Below are positions 28,070-35,380 of a stretch of 56,125 bases of DNA, in pieces. A program made the position numbers and the translations under genes. This DNA comes from Omnitrophica bacterium RIFCSPHIGHO2_02_FULL_51_18 (GTDB lineage: Bacteria > Omnitrophota > Gorgyraeia > 2-02-FULL-51-18), in NCBI GenBank assembly GCA_001804125.1, contig MHFI01000004.1, positions 1-56,125 of the forward strand, given 5' to 3'. The notes under the pieces were generated by a model. It had not been told where the DNA came from. It searched no databases and saw only the letters and a list, made by a program, of their open reading frames with translations. Position 1 is the stretch's first letter, and every line of letters starts with the position of its first letter.

Positions 28070-28633
28070 ATGATTGATAAAATTGAAAAAGACATTCAGG
28101 AGAGCATTCGGACCAAAGAGTCTCTGCTCAAGACTCATGTGCCGCTTATTGAAAAAGCGACAAAAACTATTTACGGGGCTCTTAAGAATGGCCATAAGGT
28201 GCTTTTCTTCGGCAACGGCGGCTCAGCCAGCGACAGCCAGCATCTGGCGGCGGAGTTTGTGGGCCGGTATGAGAAGGAAAGGCGTGGGGTACCGGCCATC
28301 GCGCTCACAACAGACGCCTCGATCTTGACAGCTGTCGGCAATGATTACGGTTTTGACCATATTTTCGAGCGCCAGATTGAGGCGCTGGGACAAAAGGGCG
28401 ATGTGGCGTTTGGGATTTCCACAAGCGGCAACTCCGAGAATGTCCTGCTCGGTATCCAAAAGGCGAAGTCCAAAGGGCTTTTTACGATTGGCCTGTCCGG
28501 TCGGGACGGTGGCAAGCTTCATGGGTTGGTGGATCTGTCGCTGGTCGTTCCTTCACAGAAAACAGCGAGAATCCAGGAATCGCATATCATGATTGGTCAT
28601 ATCATCTGCGAGCGCGTGGATGAGTTACTCTAA
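28070..28633 (+). CDS. gmhA: D-sedoheptulose 7-phosphate isomerase (SIS domain)
   Basis: [26 protein letters not shown] and QESH. Confidence 0.85.
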   Translation: MIDKIEKDIQESIRTKESLLKTHVPLIEKATKTIYGALKNGHKVLFFGNGGSASDSQHLAAEFVGRYEKERRGVPAIALTTDASILTAVGNDYGFDHIFERQIEALGQKGDVAFGISTSGNSENVLLGIQKAKSKGLFTIGLSGRDGGKLHGLVDLSLVVPSQKTARIQESHIMIGHIICERVDELL

Positions 28634-28640
28634 ACCCATG

Positions 28641-28752
28641 TGTCATTTCGAGCGAAGTCCCGTTAGAAATCGCATTTCTAACGGGACGAAGCGAGAAATC
28701 TCATCAAGTTGTGTGATGAGATCTCTCGTCGCTAAAGCTCCTCGAGATGACA
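28641..28752. repeat. palindromic element, sub-family A with an extra internal hairpin
   Basis: TGTCATTTCGAG-cgaag-[TCCCGTTAGAAATcgcATTTCTAACGGGA]-cgaag-CGAGAAATCTCAT...ATGAGATCTCTCG...CTCGAGATGACA. Confidence 0.9.
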
Positions 28753-28787
28753 TTATTGAACAACCTATCTGCGCTAAAGGTGTAATC

Positions 28788-29270
28788 ATGTCTATACTTC
28801 CGAAGCTAAAGACCGTCAAGGAACTCATGCCTTTATTGTCGCGACTTAAGAAACACAAAAAAAAAATAGTTTTTACGAACGGCTGTTTTGATATTTTGCA
28901 CGTCGGCCATGTGCGATATTTAAGCAGATCGAAATCATTGGGTCACGTGTTGGTGATAGGTTTGAATACGGATTTGTCCGTGAGAGCCGTTAAGGGGCCA
29001 CAAAGGCCTGTGACTCCGCAAAAGGAGAGGGCAGAAGTCTTAAGTGCGCTTTCGGCGGTCGATTTTTTGGTGTTTTTTTCAGAACCCACGCCGCTTAGGC
29101 TGATTCAGGCAATTCGCCCGGATTTTCTCGTGAAGGGCGGGGATTGGAAGAAAAAAGATATTGTCGGCAGCGCCTTTGTAGAATCTTACGGCGGGAAGGT
29201 GTTGTCGCTGCCGTATGTGAAAGGTTTTTCCACGACAGCGCTCCTTGAAAAAATTAAAAGCCATTTGTGA
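28788..29270 (+). CDS. hldC: D-glycero-beta-D-manno-heptose 1-phosphate adenylyltransferase (RfaE domain II only)
   Basis: Start moved to ATG 28788, because 28593-28787 of the ORF is repeat-derived. Motif KIVFTNGCFDILHVGHVRYL of the cytidylyltransferase family. Confidence 0.85.
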   Translation: MSILPKLKTVKELMPLLSRLKKHKKKIVFTNGCFDILHVGHVRYLSRSKSLGHVLVIGLNTDLSVRAVKGPQRPVTPQKERAEVLSALSAVDFLVFFSEPTPLRLIQAIRPDFLVKGGDWKKKDIVGSAFVESYGGKVLSLPYVKGFSTTALLEKIKSHL

Positions 29271-29725
29271 AACAAATCTTGAGAATCTTAGACGCCAATT
29301 TCAACCGCTCGCGGGAGGGTTTGAGGGTTTGCGAAGAGATCACGCGGTTTGTGCTCGAGGATAAAGTTTTGACGAGGGACTTGAAAAGAGTCCGTCATGC
29401 CGTGAGCGGTTGTGTCCAAAAAATGCCGGTGCCGGTTTCGGAGCTCCTGTCCGCGCGGGATGTCAGGTCTGACGTGGGAAAGGAGCCTTCGGTCCTCGAA
29501 AAACCGCGCGAGGGCGCGTTTGGTCTTTTTGCCGCCAATATAGGGCGCGTCAAAGAGTCTTTGAGGGTTCTGGAAGAGGTTTCCAAATTAATCGATCGAA
29601 ATATTTCCGACACATTCAAGAAGGTGAGATTTGATGTCTATTCCATCGAAAAAAGAACTCTGCCAAAACTGGAAGCTCTACGTCATCACGGACCCCTCGG
29701 CGGCAAAAGAAAAACCGCTTCCTGA
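29267..29725 (+). CDS. ThiD2-like domain protein (domain that is N-terminally fused to ThiE in other bacteria)
   Basis: LRILDANFNRSREGLRVCEEITRF and LRVLEEVSK. The 3' ~95 nt overlap thiE in another frame. Confidence 0.5.
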   Translation: MKQILRILDANFNRSREGLRVCEEITRFVLEDKVLTRDLKRVRHAVSGCVQKMPVPVSELLSARDVRSDVGKEPSVLEKPREGAFGLFAANIGRVKESLRVLEEVSKLIDRNISDTFKKVRFDVYSIEKRTLPKLEALRHHGPLGGKRKTAS

Positions 29726-30275
29726 ACTTATTCGCGCGGCGATCCAGGGTGGAGCCAGCGTGATTCAGCTTCGAGATAAAGAGGCTTCCGATGAGGAACT
29801 GACTCATCTTGCCAAGGAGATCCTCAAGGTTACGCGTTCAAAAAACGTTCCGCTCATTGTGAATGACCGTGTCCGCGTCGCCGGTCTTTCCGGCGCTCAA
29901 GGCGTGCATTTGGGACAGAATGACGGGCCGCTTAAGGAAGCGCGTTTAGTTTTAGGAGACGCGGCGATTATCGGCCGCTCAACACACAGCCGAGAGCAGA
30001 TAATCGAAGCCCAAGAAGAGGGTTTTGATTATATAGGGGTCGGCCCTGTTTTCAGCACGCCCACAAAGCCAGGCGTCGCGTCCGTAGGGTTGGACTTAGT
30101 GCGTTTTGCCGCTCAGAATATTAGAATACCTTTTGTGGCGATCGGTGGCATCAATGAATCAAACGCTTCCCAGGTGCGTGAAGCGGGTGCAACAGCGGTG
30201 GCGGTCGTGAGGGCCGTGATAGATAGCAAAGATCCAGAAAGCGCGGCAAGAAACATAGCGAGATTTTTTCTATGA
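29631..30275 (+). CDS. thiE: thiamine-phosphate synthase
   Basis: LYVITD, VIQLRDKE, IGVGPVFSTPTK and VAIGGI. Confidence 0.85.
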   Translation: MMSIPSKKELCQNWKLYVITDPSAAKEKPLPELIRAAIQGGASVIQLRDKEASDEELTHLAKEILKVTRSKNVPLIVNDRVRVAGLSGAQGVHLGQNDGPLKEARLVLGDAAIIGRSTHSREQIIEAQEEGFDYIGVGPVFSTPTKPGVASVGLDLVRFAAQNIRIPFVAIGGINESNASQVREAGATAVAVVRAVIDSKDPESAARNIARFFL

Positions 30276-31180
30276 AAAAAAATCCTATTCTAGCCGTCGG
30301 TTCCGTTGCGCTCGATACCGTTAAAACGCCTTTTGGCAGAGTGAACGAGGCGCTCGGCGGCTCCGCGACTTATTTCAGCGCAAGTGCGCGTTTTTTTTCG
30401 CCGGTTTCCGTAATCGCAGTGGTGGGGAGCGATTTTCCAGGCAAACATCTGGAAGCGATGCGCTTACTGGGTGTCGATACAAGCGGCATTGAGGTTCAGA
30501 AGGGAAAAACGTTTCGTTGGTCCGGTTTTTACGATTTTGACCTGAATACCGCGCATACGCTAAGAACAGAGCTTAATGTTTTTCAGCATTTCCGGCCCAA
30601 AGTTTCTCCGGAGGCCCGCAGCAGTCGTTATGTGTTTTTGGCCAATATCGACCCGGAGCTTCAGTTCACCGTTCTAAACCAGGTCCACGATCCGTGGCTT
30701 GTAGCCTGCGACACGATGAATTTCTGGATCGAAAATAAGAGAAAGGCGCTTCAAAAGCTCTTGAAGAAGGTGGATATATTTCTCTGCAACGACGCGGAGG
30801 CGCGAGAACTCTCCGGCGAATATAATTTGATCCGGGCCTCCAAGCGTATCTTGAGTTTCGGGCCCAGGCTTCTCTTGATCAAAAAGGGGGAGCATGGCGT
30901 GATTTGTTTTTCGAAGGATTTTATATTTCTGGCCCCAGCCTATCTTTTAGAAAAGGTTTTTGATCCCACCGGCGCCGGAGATTCTTTCGCGGGAGGATTT
31001 ATCGGATACCTGACGAGGTCGCCGCGTTTGAACGAATCCGTGGTGCGGCAGGCAGCAATCTACGGGAGTGTCCTGGCGTCCTACAATGTGGAGAGTTTCA
31101 GTCTGAATCGGTTGGTAGACCTTAAGCGGGTGGAGATTGAACGTCGTTACCGGCATTTTAGGCGCTTAACACGATTTTAA
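30272..31180 (+). CDS. PfkB-family carbohydrate kinase
   Basis: Ribokinase-like fold with the motif DPTGAGDSFAGGF. The substrate is not inferable. Confidence 0.8.
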   Translation: MKKNPILAVGSVALDTVKTPFGRVNEALGGSATYFSASARFFSPVSVIAVVGSDFPGKHLEAMRLLGVDTSGIEVQKGKTFRWSGFYDFDLNTAHTLRTELNVFQHFRPKVSPEARSSRYVFLANIDPELQFTVLNQVHDPWLVACDTMNFWIENKRKALQKLLKKVDIFLCNDAEARELSGEYNLIRASKRILSFGPRLLLIKKGEHGVICFSKDFIFLAPAYLLEKVFDPTGAGDSFAGGFIGYLTRSPRLNESVVRQAAIYGSVLASYNVESFSLNRLVDLKRVEIERRYRHFRRLTRF

Positions 31181-31200
31181 CTGTGATTTGTCAGAGGCGC

Positions 31201-31237
31201 TTGACAATCCTATAAAACTATGGTAATATTACCATAG
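31201..31237 (+). promoter_or_regulatory. sigma70-type promoter with overlapping palindromic operator of the Phd/VapC operon
   Basis: TTGACA (31201-31206), a 17 nt spacer, then TAATAT (31224-31229). A perfect 20-nt palindrome CTATGGTAATATTACCATAG (31218-31237) spans the -10. SD AGGAGGA at 31247-31253. Confidence 0.75.
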
Positions 31238-31256
31238 TCATAGATAGGAGGATCCC

Positions 31257-31490
31257 ATGAATATGCCGGCAGGCGTTTTTAAAACAAAGTGTTTACAATT
31301 GATGGATGAAGTGCGGGACACCCATGAAGAAATTGTTATCACAAAGTTCGGTAAGCCCGTCGCCAAATTGGTTCCTGTAGAGGCAGAAAAAGAAAAGTCA
31401 CTTTTTGGATTCCTGAGGAATTCCGTCAGGGTGAAGGGCGACATCGTTTCTCCGACGGGTGAAAAATGGGAAGCCGATGCGTCAACCTAA
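31257..31490 (+). CDS. type II antitoxin, Phd/YefM family
   Basis: 77 aa. FKTKCLQLMDEVRDTHEEIVITKFGKPVAKLVP is a typical Phd/YefM N-domain. Confidence 0.85.
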   Translation: MNMPAGVFKTKCLQLMDEVRDTHEEIVITKFGKPVAKLVPVEAEKEKSLFGFLRNSVRVKGDIVSPTGEKWEADAST

Positions 31491-31920
31491 GCCGGATATT
31501 GTTCTTCTGGATACGCACATATGGATTTGGCTCATCAACGGTGATAAAAAACTCAGCTCCCCAAACTTTTTAAGACTTATCGACCGTCTGTCGGCAAACT
31601 CAGGCATTCGTGTTTCTATAATTTCCGTGTGGGAAGTCGGGATGCTCGAACATAAAGGGAGGATTGACTTGCCTTATAGCTGTCTCGAATGGGTTCACAG
31701 AGCTCTCCATGCCCCCGGGATTTCTTTGGTGCCGTTGACGCCTGAAATTGCGATTGAGAGTTGTCAGCTTGGGAAAGAATTTGGCGGCGATCCTGCGGAC
31801 AGGATTCTTGTGGCGACGGCTAAAAGTATCGGCGCGACCCTTGTGACCGAGGATGAGCACATCTTAAATCACTCCAAGAAGAATTTACTAGATGCCGCGT
31901 CTGCTCATTCATTTCGTTAA
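31477..31920 (+). CDS. vapC: type II toxin, PIN-domain VapC
   Basis: The ATG at 31477 overlaps the antitoxin end. LLDTHIWIW (first acidic residue), SVWE, and ADRILVATA...TEDE acidic residues. Confidence 0.85.
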   Translation: MRQPKPDIVLLDTHIWIWLINGDKKLSSPNFLRLIDRLSANSGIRVSIISVWEVGMLEHKGRIDLPYSCLEWVHRALHAPGISLVPLTPEIAIESCQLGKEFGGDPADRILVATAKSIGATLVTEDEHILNHSKKNLLDAASAHSFR

Positions 31921-32003
31921 AAACATAAAAGTGTCAGTAGTTGACAATTTTACGGCATAAAATTCAATTTTCAGGGACTGACCCCTTAAGGGGGTTATTA
32001 ATA

Positions 32004-32040
32004 CACAAGAAGAAGGGGGATTAGCCCCCTTCTTCTTGTG
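32004..32040. repeat. perfect 16-bp stem hairpin
   Basis: CACAAGAAGAAGGGGG-attag-CCCCCTTCTTCTTGTG, preceded by the 12-nt palindrome CCCCTTAAGGGG (31982-31993). No U-tract follows. Confidence 0.7.
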
Positions 32041-32170
32041 GTATAGCTGGATTTGCAAGTTTTCCGCTCCGAAGGGGGTGACAGCGAGCCAGGTATTTTT
32101 TCATGCGGAGGCGAGCGCCAAGAGGGGGAAACTGGAAGTTTCCCCTTATGGAAATTTACGAAGTAAATTT

Positions 32171-32241
32171 GCGGGTGTAGTTCAGTGGCAGAATGAAAGC
32201 TTCCCAAGCTTTAGATGAGGGTTCGATTCCCTTCACCCGCT
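32171..32241 (+). tRNA. tRNA-Gly (anticodon CCC)
   Basis: Manual cloverleaf. Acceptor GCGGGTG/CACCCGC. Anticodon stem AAAGC/GCTTT with loop TTCCCAA. T-arm GAGGG-TTCGATT-CCCTT. 71 nt, with no encoded CCA. Confidence 0.88.
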
Positions 32242-32384
32242 CACTTCTTCGCTCTCCGAAATCTCTGCGTTGCAGAGCTTTCGTCGAGCTTCGAAGTGTC
32301 CTGCGAAGCCTTGGCGAAGCAGGACAAAACTGTATCCAATGTCAAGAAAAATCCATTATTTTTATGATTTCTCTGACATTTCTT

Positions 32385-32414
32385 TTGACGTGCCGCGTGT
32401 CTCGGGAGTATCAT
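32385..32414 (+). promoter_or_regulatory. candidate promoter of the ATPase-dGTPase genes
   Basis: TTGACG (32385-32390), an 18 nt spacer, then TATCAT (32409-32414), about 80 nt upstream of the ATG at 32492. Confidence 0.35.
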
Positions 32415-32491
32415 GAGTCCCGGTGAAATTCTGGCAATACTTTCGATATTTTTTTAAATTATTCTGACTCGAAGGATCAAGGTTTACTGTC

Positions 32492-34168
32492 ATGTTCAGT
32501 GACCCTGTTGTCGGCGAAGATTTCTTTGGCCGCCAAGACATTATTGAGTTGATTGTTAAAAGGGCCCGAGCGCTCAAGTCTGGCTATCGCCAGAATGTAG
32601 CGATTATCGGGCACCAGCAGTTAGGCAAGACCTCCCTCCTCCGGCAATTCCTGCATAGCTTCAAAGAACCCGGCATTCTGGCGATCTATGTCGAAATAAA
32701 GATCCAGGCGCTTGACTATTTCGTCGAGCAGTTTATTCGCTCGCTTCTTTACCAGTGCCTGGCAGGCCGGGGCGCGGTGAGCCCCACTGAGTCGCTTTCG
32801 GGTCTTTCAAAAAAAGCCGAGCCGATCATTCCGAAAACGGTGCTCCGAGTAACGGAGATCGTGGCGCTTCTTAAGCGGCGTCACAGCGAAGAGGCCTATT
32901 CGAAGCTTTTTGAGCTCACGCCGATCGTGAAACAGGAAACAGAGAAAAACTGTATTGTGATTCTTGATGAATTTCATCGGCTGGGGGATCTTGGCGTCCG
33001 AAACGCGTTTTCGGACTTTGGAAAGCGTATCATGGTGCAAAAGGACACGATGTATCTTTTGGCCAGTTCCTCATTTTCTGCGAGCCGTAAGATCCTCGCC
33101 GAAAAATTATCGCTTCTTTTCGGCAACTTTGAGCGGGTGTATCTCGAACCGTTTGATTTTGAGACCTCGTTTCAGTTTATTCAGAGGAAGCTTTCGCCCA
33201 TCGGTATTTCCGAAAACCTTAAGAATTTTCTCGTGGCATTTACCGACGGCCACCCTTTCTTTTTGCAGACGATCACCGGCACCTTGAGAGAGCGCGCCCT
33301 GGCAAAATCGGAAAATGAACTATCCCGGGTGACAATCGCGGAAGTTTTTCTGAAAGTTTTGTACGAGTCCCAGGGTATTTTAAACCAGTATTTTTTGAAG
33401 CTTATTTCGCCCTGGATGCAGGGCGGTTCGCGCGGCCTGCCGGTCTTGGCACTGACGCTGTTGGCGGGGGGCGTGAATAAATTGAAGGACATCGCCGCAG
33501 CCCTCAATCGCAGCCAATCGGAAACTTCGAGGTTGTTACAGGAGCTCATGGAGCGCGAACTCATCATTAAAACGGGCGTGTTCTATCGTTTTCATAATAA
33601 GATGTTCAAATTTTGGCTCAAAGAGGTTTACGAACATAAGGAACTTTCGCTCCTGGAAGCCGTCGGCAAGGCGGAGGATTTTATGGGCCGCATCGAGGCG
33701 AAGGTGGTCGAACACGAAGAGTTGTTAAAACTGGATATCGCGGACCGCGTGCTCGGGCTTTTTTCCTTGTTTCGTAACGATTTGATTGAGTTTGGCGAGC
33801 GAAAAAGAAAACTCCCTTATTTCACCGAGATTGTGAAATCCCAGCCCCCGGGGCGGCTTAAGGACCAAAGTTTTCGCAAGATTGTTGCCAAAGGTCACGG
33901 CGCCTGCTGGGTTTGTAAGATCGTGGAACAAAAGGCCACGGAAAAAGAGGTGCTTGAGCTTGTCCAGGGGGTTTCGCCGGGCAAAAAGGAGGCGGCCACG
34001 AAAGTGCTTTTGGCGTTTCGCGGCGTCGATGACAATGCGAAACTGCTCGCCAAGGAAAAAAAGGTTTTCACTCTCGGTCTTTCCAAGATCAATGCGCTGA
34101 TGGACGTGTATGGCGCGGCCCCCATTATTGTTGCCGAAAACGATTCTCCCGCGGCCGCCAAAGCCTGA
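32492..34168 (+). CDS. AAA ATPase of the Arch_ATPase (PF01637-like) type with wHTH and DUF234-like C-terminal region
   Basis: FFGRQDIIELI...NVAIIGHQQLGKTSLLRQFL (Walker A), IVILDEFH (Walker B), a wHTH-like LKDIAAALNRSQSETSRLLQELMERELI, and a C-terminal ACWVCKIVEQKATEKEVLELV resembling the DUF234 core. Confidence 0.75.
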   Translation: MFSDPVVGEDFFGRQDIIELIVKRARALKSGYRQNVAIIGHQQLGKTSLLRQFLHSFKEPGILAIYVEIKIQALDYFVEQFIRSLLYQCLAGRGAVSPTESLSGLSKKAEPIIPKTVLRVTEIVALLKRRHSEEAYSKLFELTPIVKQETEKNCIVILDEFHRLGDLGVRNAFSDFGKRIMVQKDTMYLLASSSFSASRKILAEKLSLLFGNFERVYLEPFDFETSFQFIQRKLSPIGISENLKNFLVAFTDGHPFFLQTITGTLRERALAKSENELSRVTIAEVFLKVLYESQGILNQYFLKLISPWMQGGSRGLPVLALTLLAGGVNKLKDIAAALNRSQSETSRLLQELMERELIIKTGVFYRFHNKMFKFWLKEVYEHKELSLLEAVGKAEDFMGRIEAKVVEHEELLKLDIADRVLGLFSLFRNDLIEFGERKRKLPYFTEIVKSQPPGRLKDQSFRKIVAKGHGACWVCKIVEQKATEKEVLELVQGVSPGKKEAATKVLLAFRGVDDNAKLLAKEKKVFTLGLSKINALMDVYGAAPIIVAENDSPAAAKA

Positions 34169-34172
34169 TTTG

Positions 34173-35354
34173 ATGCCGCATCACGCTAAACTTTACCTCG
34201 TCACGCGCCAAGAGATGGAAAAGTGGGAGCTGGCGACACTCGCTCCTTACGCGGCCAAAAGCGCGCAGAGCCGCGGAAGAGTCCGTGAAGAAAAAGAGCA
34301 TCCCTACCGTACGGCTTTCCAAAGAGATCGTGATCGCATCGTGCACAGCACGGCGTTTCGCCGGCTGGAATATAAAACTCAAGTTTTTGTCAATCACGAA
34401 GGCGATTATTACCGCACGCGGCTTACGCATTCGCTTGAGACCAGCCAAATCGCGCGCGCGATCGCAAAAGCGCTGGGCCTTAACAGCGATCTTGTGGAGA
34501 CGATTACGTTGGCGCATGATCTCGGGCACACACCGTTTGGGCATGCCGGTGAGGATGAACTAAAGGAGCTCATGAAGGACCATATGGGTTTTGACCATAA
34601 TCTACAGAGCCTTCGCATCGTGGACTATTTGGAAGAGCGGTATCCCGATTTTCGGGGCCTCAACCTGACCTACGAGTCCCGCAGTGGTCTTTTTAAGCAT
34701 CCGGAACTCGTCGAGGAAGCCAACCGCAGGGACATGGGGCCTTTCGAGCTTTTCAACTCCCCGTCGCTGGAGTCTCAAGCGGTGGACCTGGCGGATGAGA
34801 TTGCCTATGACAATCATGATGTGGATGACGGGCTTACCTCCGGCCTTATTTCGGAGACTGATTTGGCCAAACTTGAGCTCTGGAGGTACGCCAAGCAAAG
34901 AGTCTTAAAGCGCGCGATTTCAAATCCCGAAGTCAGGCGTTACCAAATTATCCGGGGACTGATCAACCTGGAAGTCACGGACCTTTTAAACCAGTCCGCG
35001 AGGAACATCCGAAAAGCCAATATACGGAAACCCGAACACGCGCTCAAGATCCCCCGCTTTGCGGTTTCGTTCAGCTCTGAACTCACTAAAAAAAGGGAAG
35101 CGCTCAGAGCTTTCCTAAGAGAAAAGCTCTACCGGCATTATCGCGTCGTGCGCATGAGCGACAAAGCGCGCCGTTTTATCCGTGCGCTTTTTGAAGTGTA
35201 CCTTTCCAGGCCTGAGCAGCTGCCGCCCGGGAGCCAACGGAGGCTTAAAACCGAGGGAGCGCATCGCGTGATCTGCGATTATATCGCGGGAATGACGGAT
35301 CGTTATGCGCAGGATGAATACCGGAAGTTTTTTGAACCCTATGAGAAGGTTTAG
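34173..35354 (+). CDS. dgt: dGTP triphosphohydrolase-like HD-domain protein
   Basis: Start at ATG 34173, 4 nt after the upstream stop. RTRLTHSLETSQIAR, LAHDLGHTPFGHAGE and MTDRYA. Confidence 0.9.
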   Translation: MPHHAKLYLVTRQEMEKWELATLAPYAAKSAQSRGRVREEKEHPYRTAFQRDRDRIVHSTAFRRLEYKTQVFVNHEGDYYRTRLTHSLETSQIARAIAKALGLNSDLVETITLAHDLGHTPFGHAGEDELKELMKDHMGFDHNLQSLRIVDYLEERYPDFRGLNLTYESRSGLFKHPELVEEANRRDMGPFELFNSPSLESQAVDLADEIAYDNHDVDDGLTSGLISETDLAKLELWRYAKQRVLKRAISNPEVRRYQIIRGLINLEVTDLLNQSARNIRKANIRKPEHALKIPRFAVSFSSELTKKREALRAFLREKLYRHYRVVRMSDKARRFIRALFEVYLSRPEQLPPGSQRRLKTEGAHRVICDYIAGMTDRYAQDEYRKFFEPYEKV

Positions 35355-35380
35355 TCAACGAGATTAGGAGATCTAACGGA

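Noticed and set aside
27503-28195. 230-aa ORF on the - strand.
   Set aside because: It is antisense to the PFK and gmhA genes. It has no motifs and is a shadow ORF.
28593-28787. N-terminal 65 codons of ORF 28593..29270 ([10 protein letters not shown]...SFRAKREISS-like).
   Set aside because: This part is encoded by the sub-family A palindromic element and overlaps the gmhA end. The adenylyltransferase homology starts at Met 28788.
30272-31180. PfkB kinase as the missing heptose-7-phosphate kinase (HldA/RfaE domain I).
   Set aside because: The N-terminal sequence does not resemble RfaE domain I as I recall it, and thiE genes separate it from gmhA/hldC. It is kept as a generic PfkB kinase.
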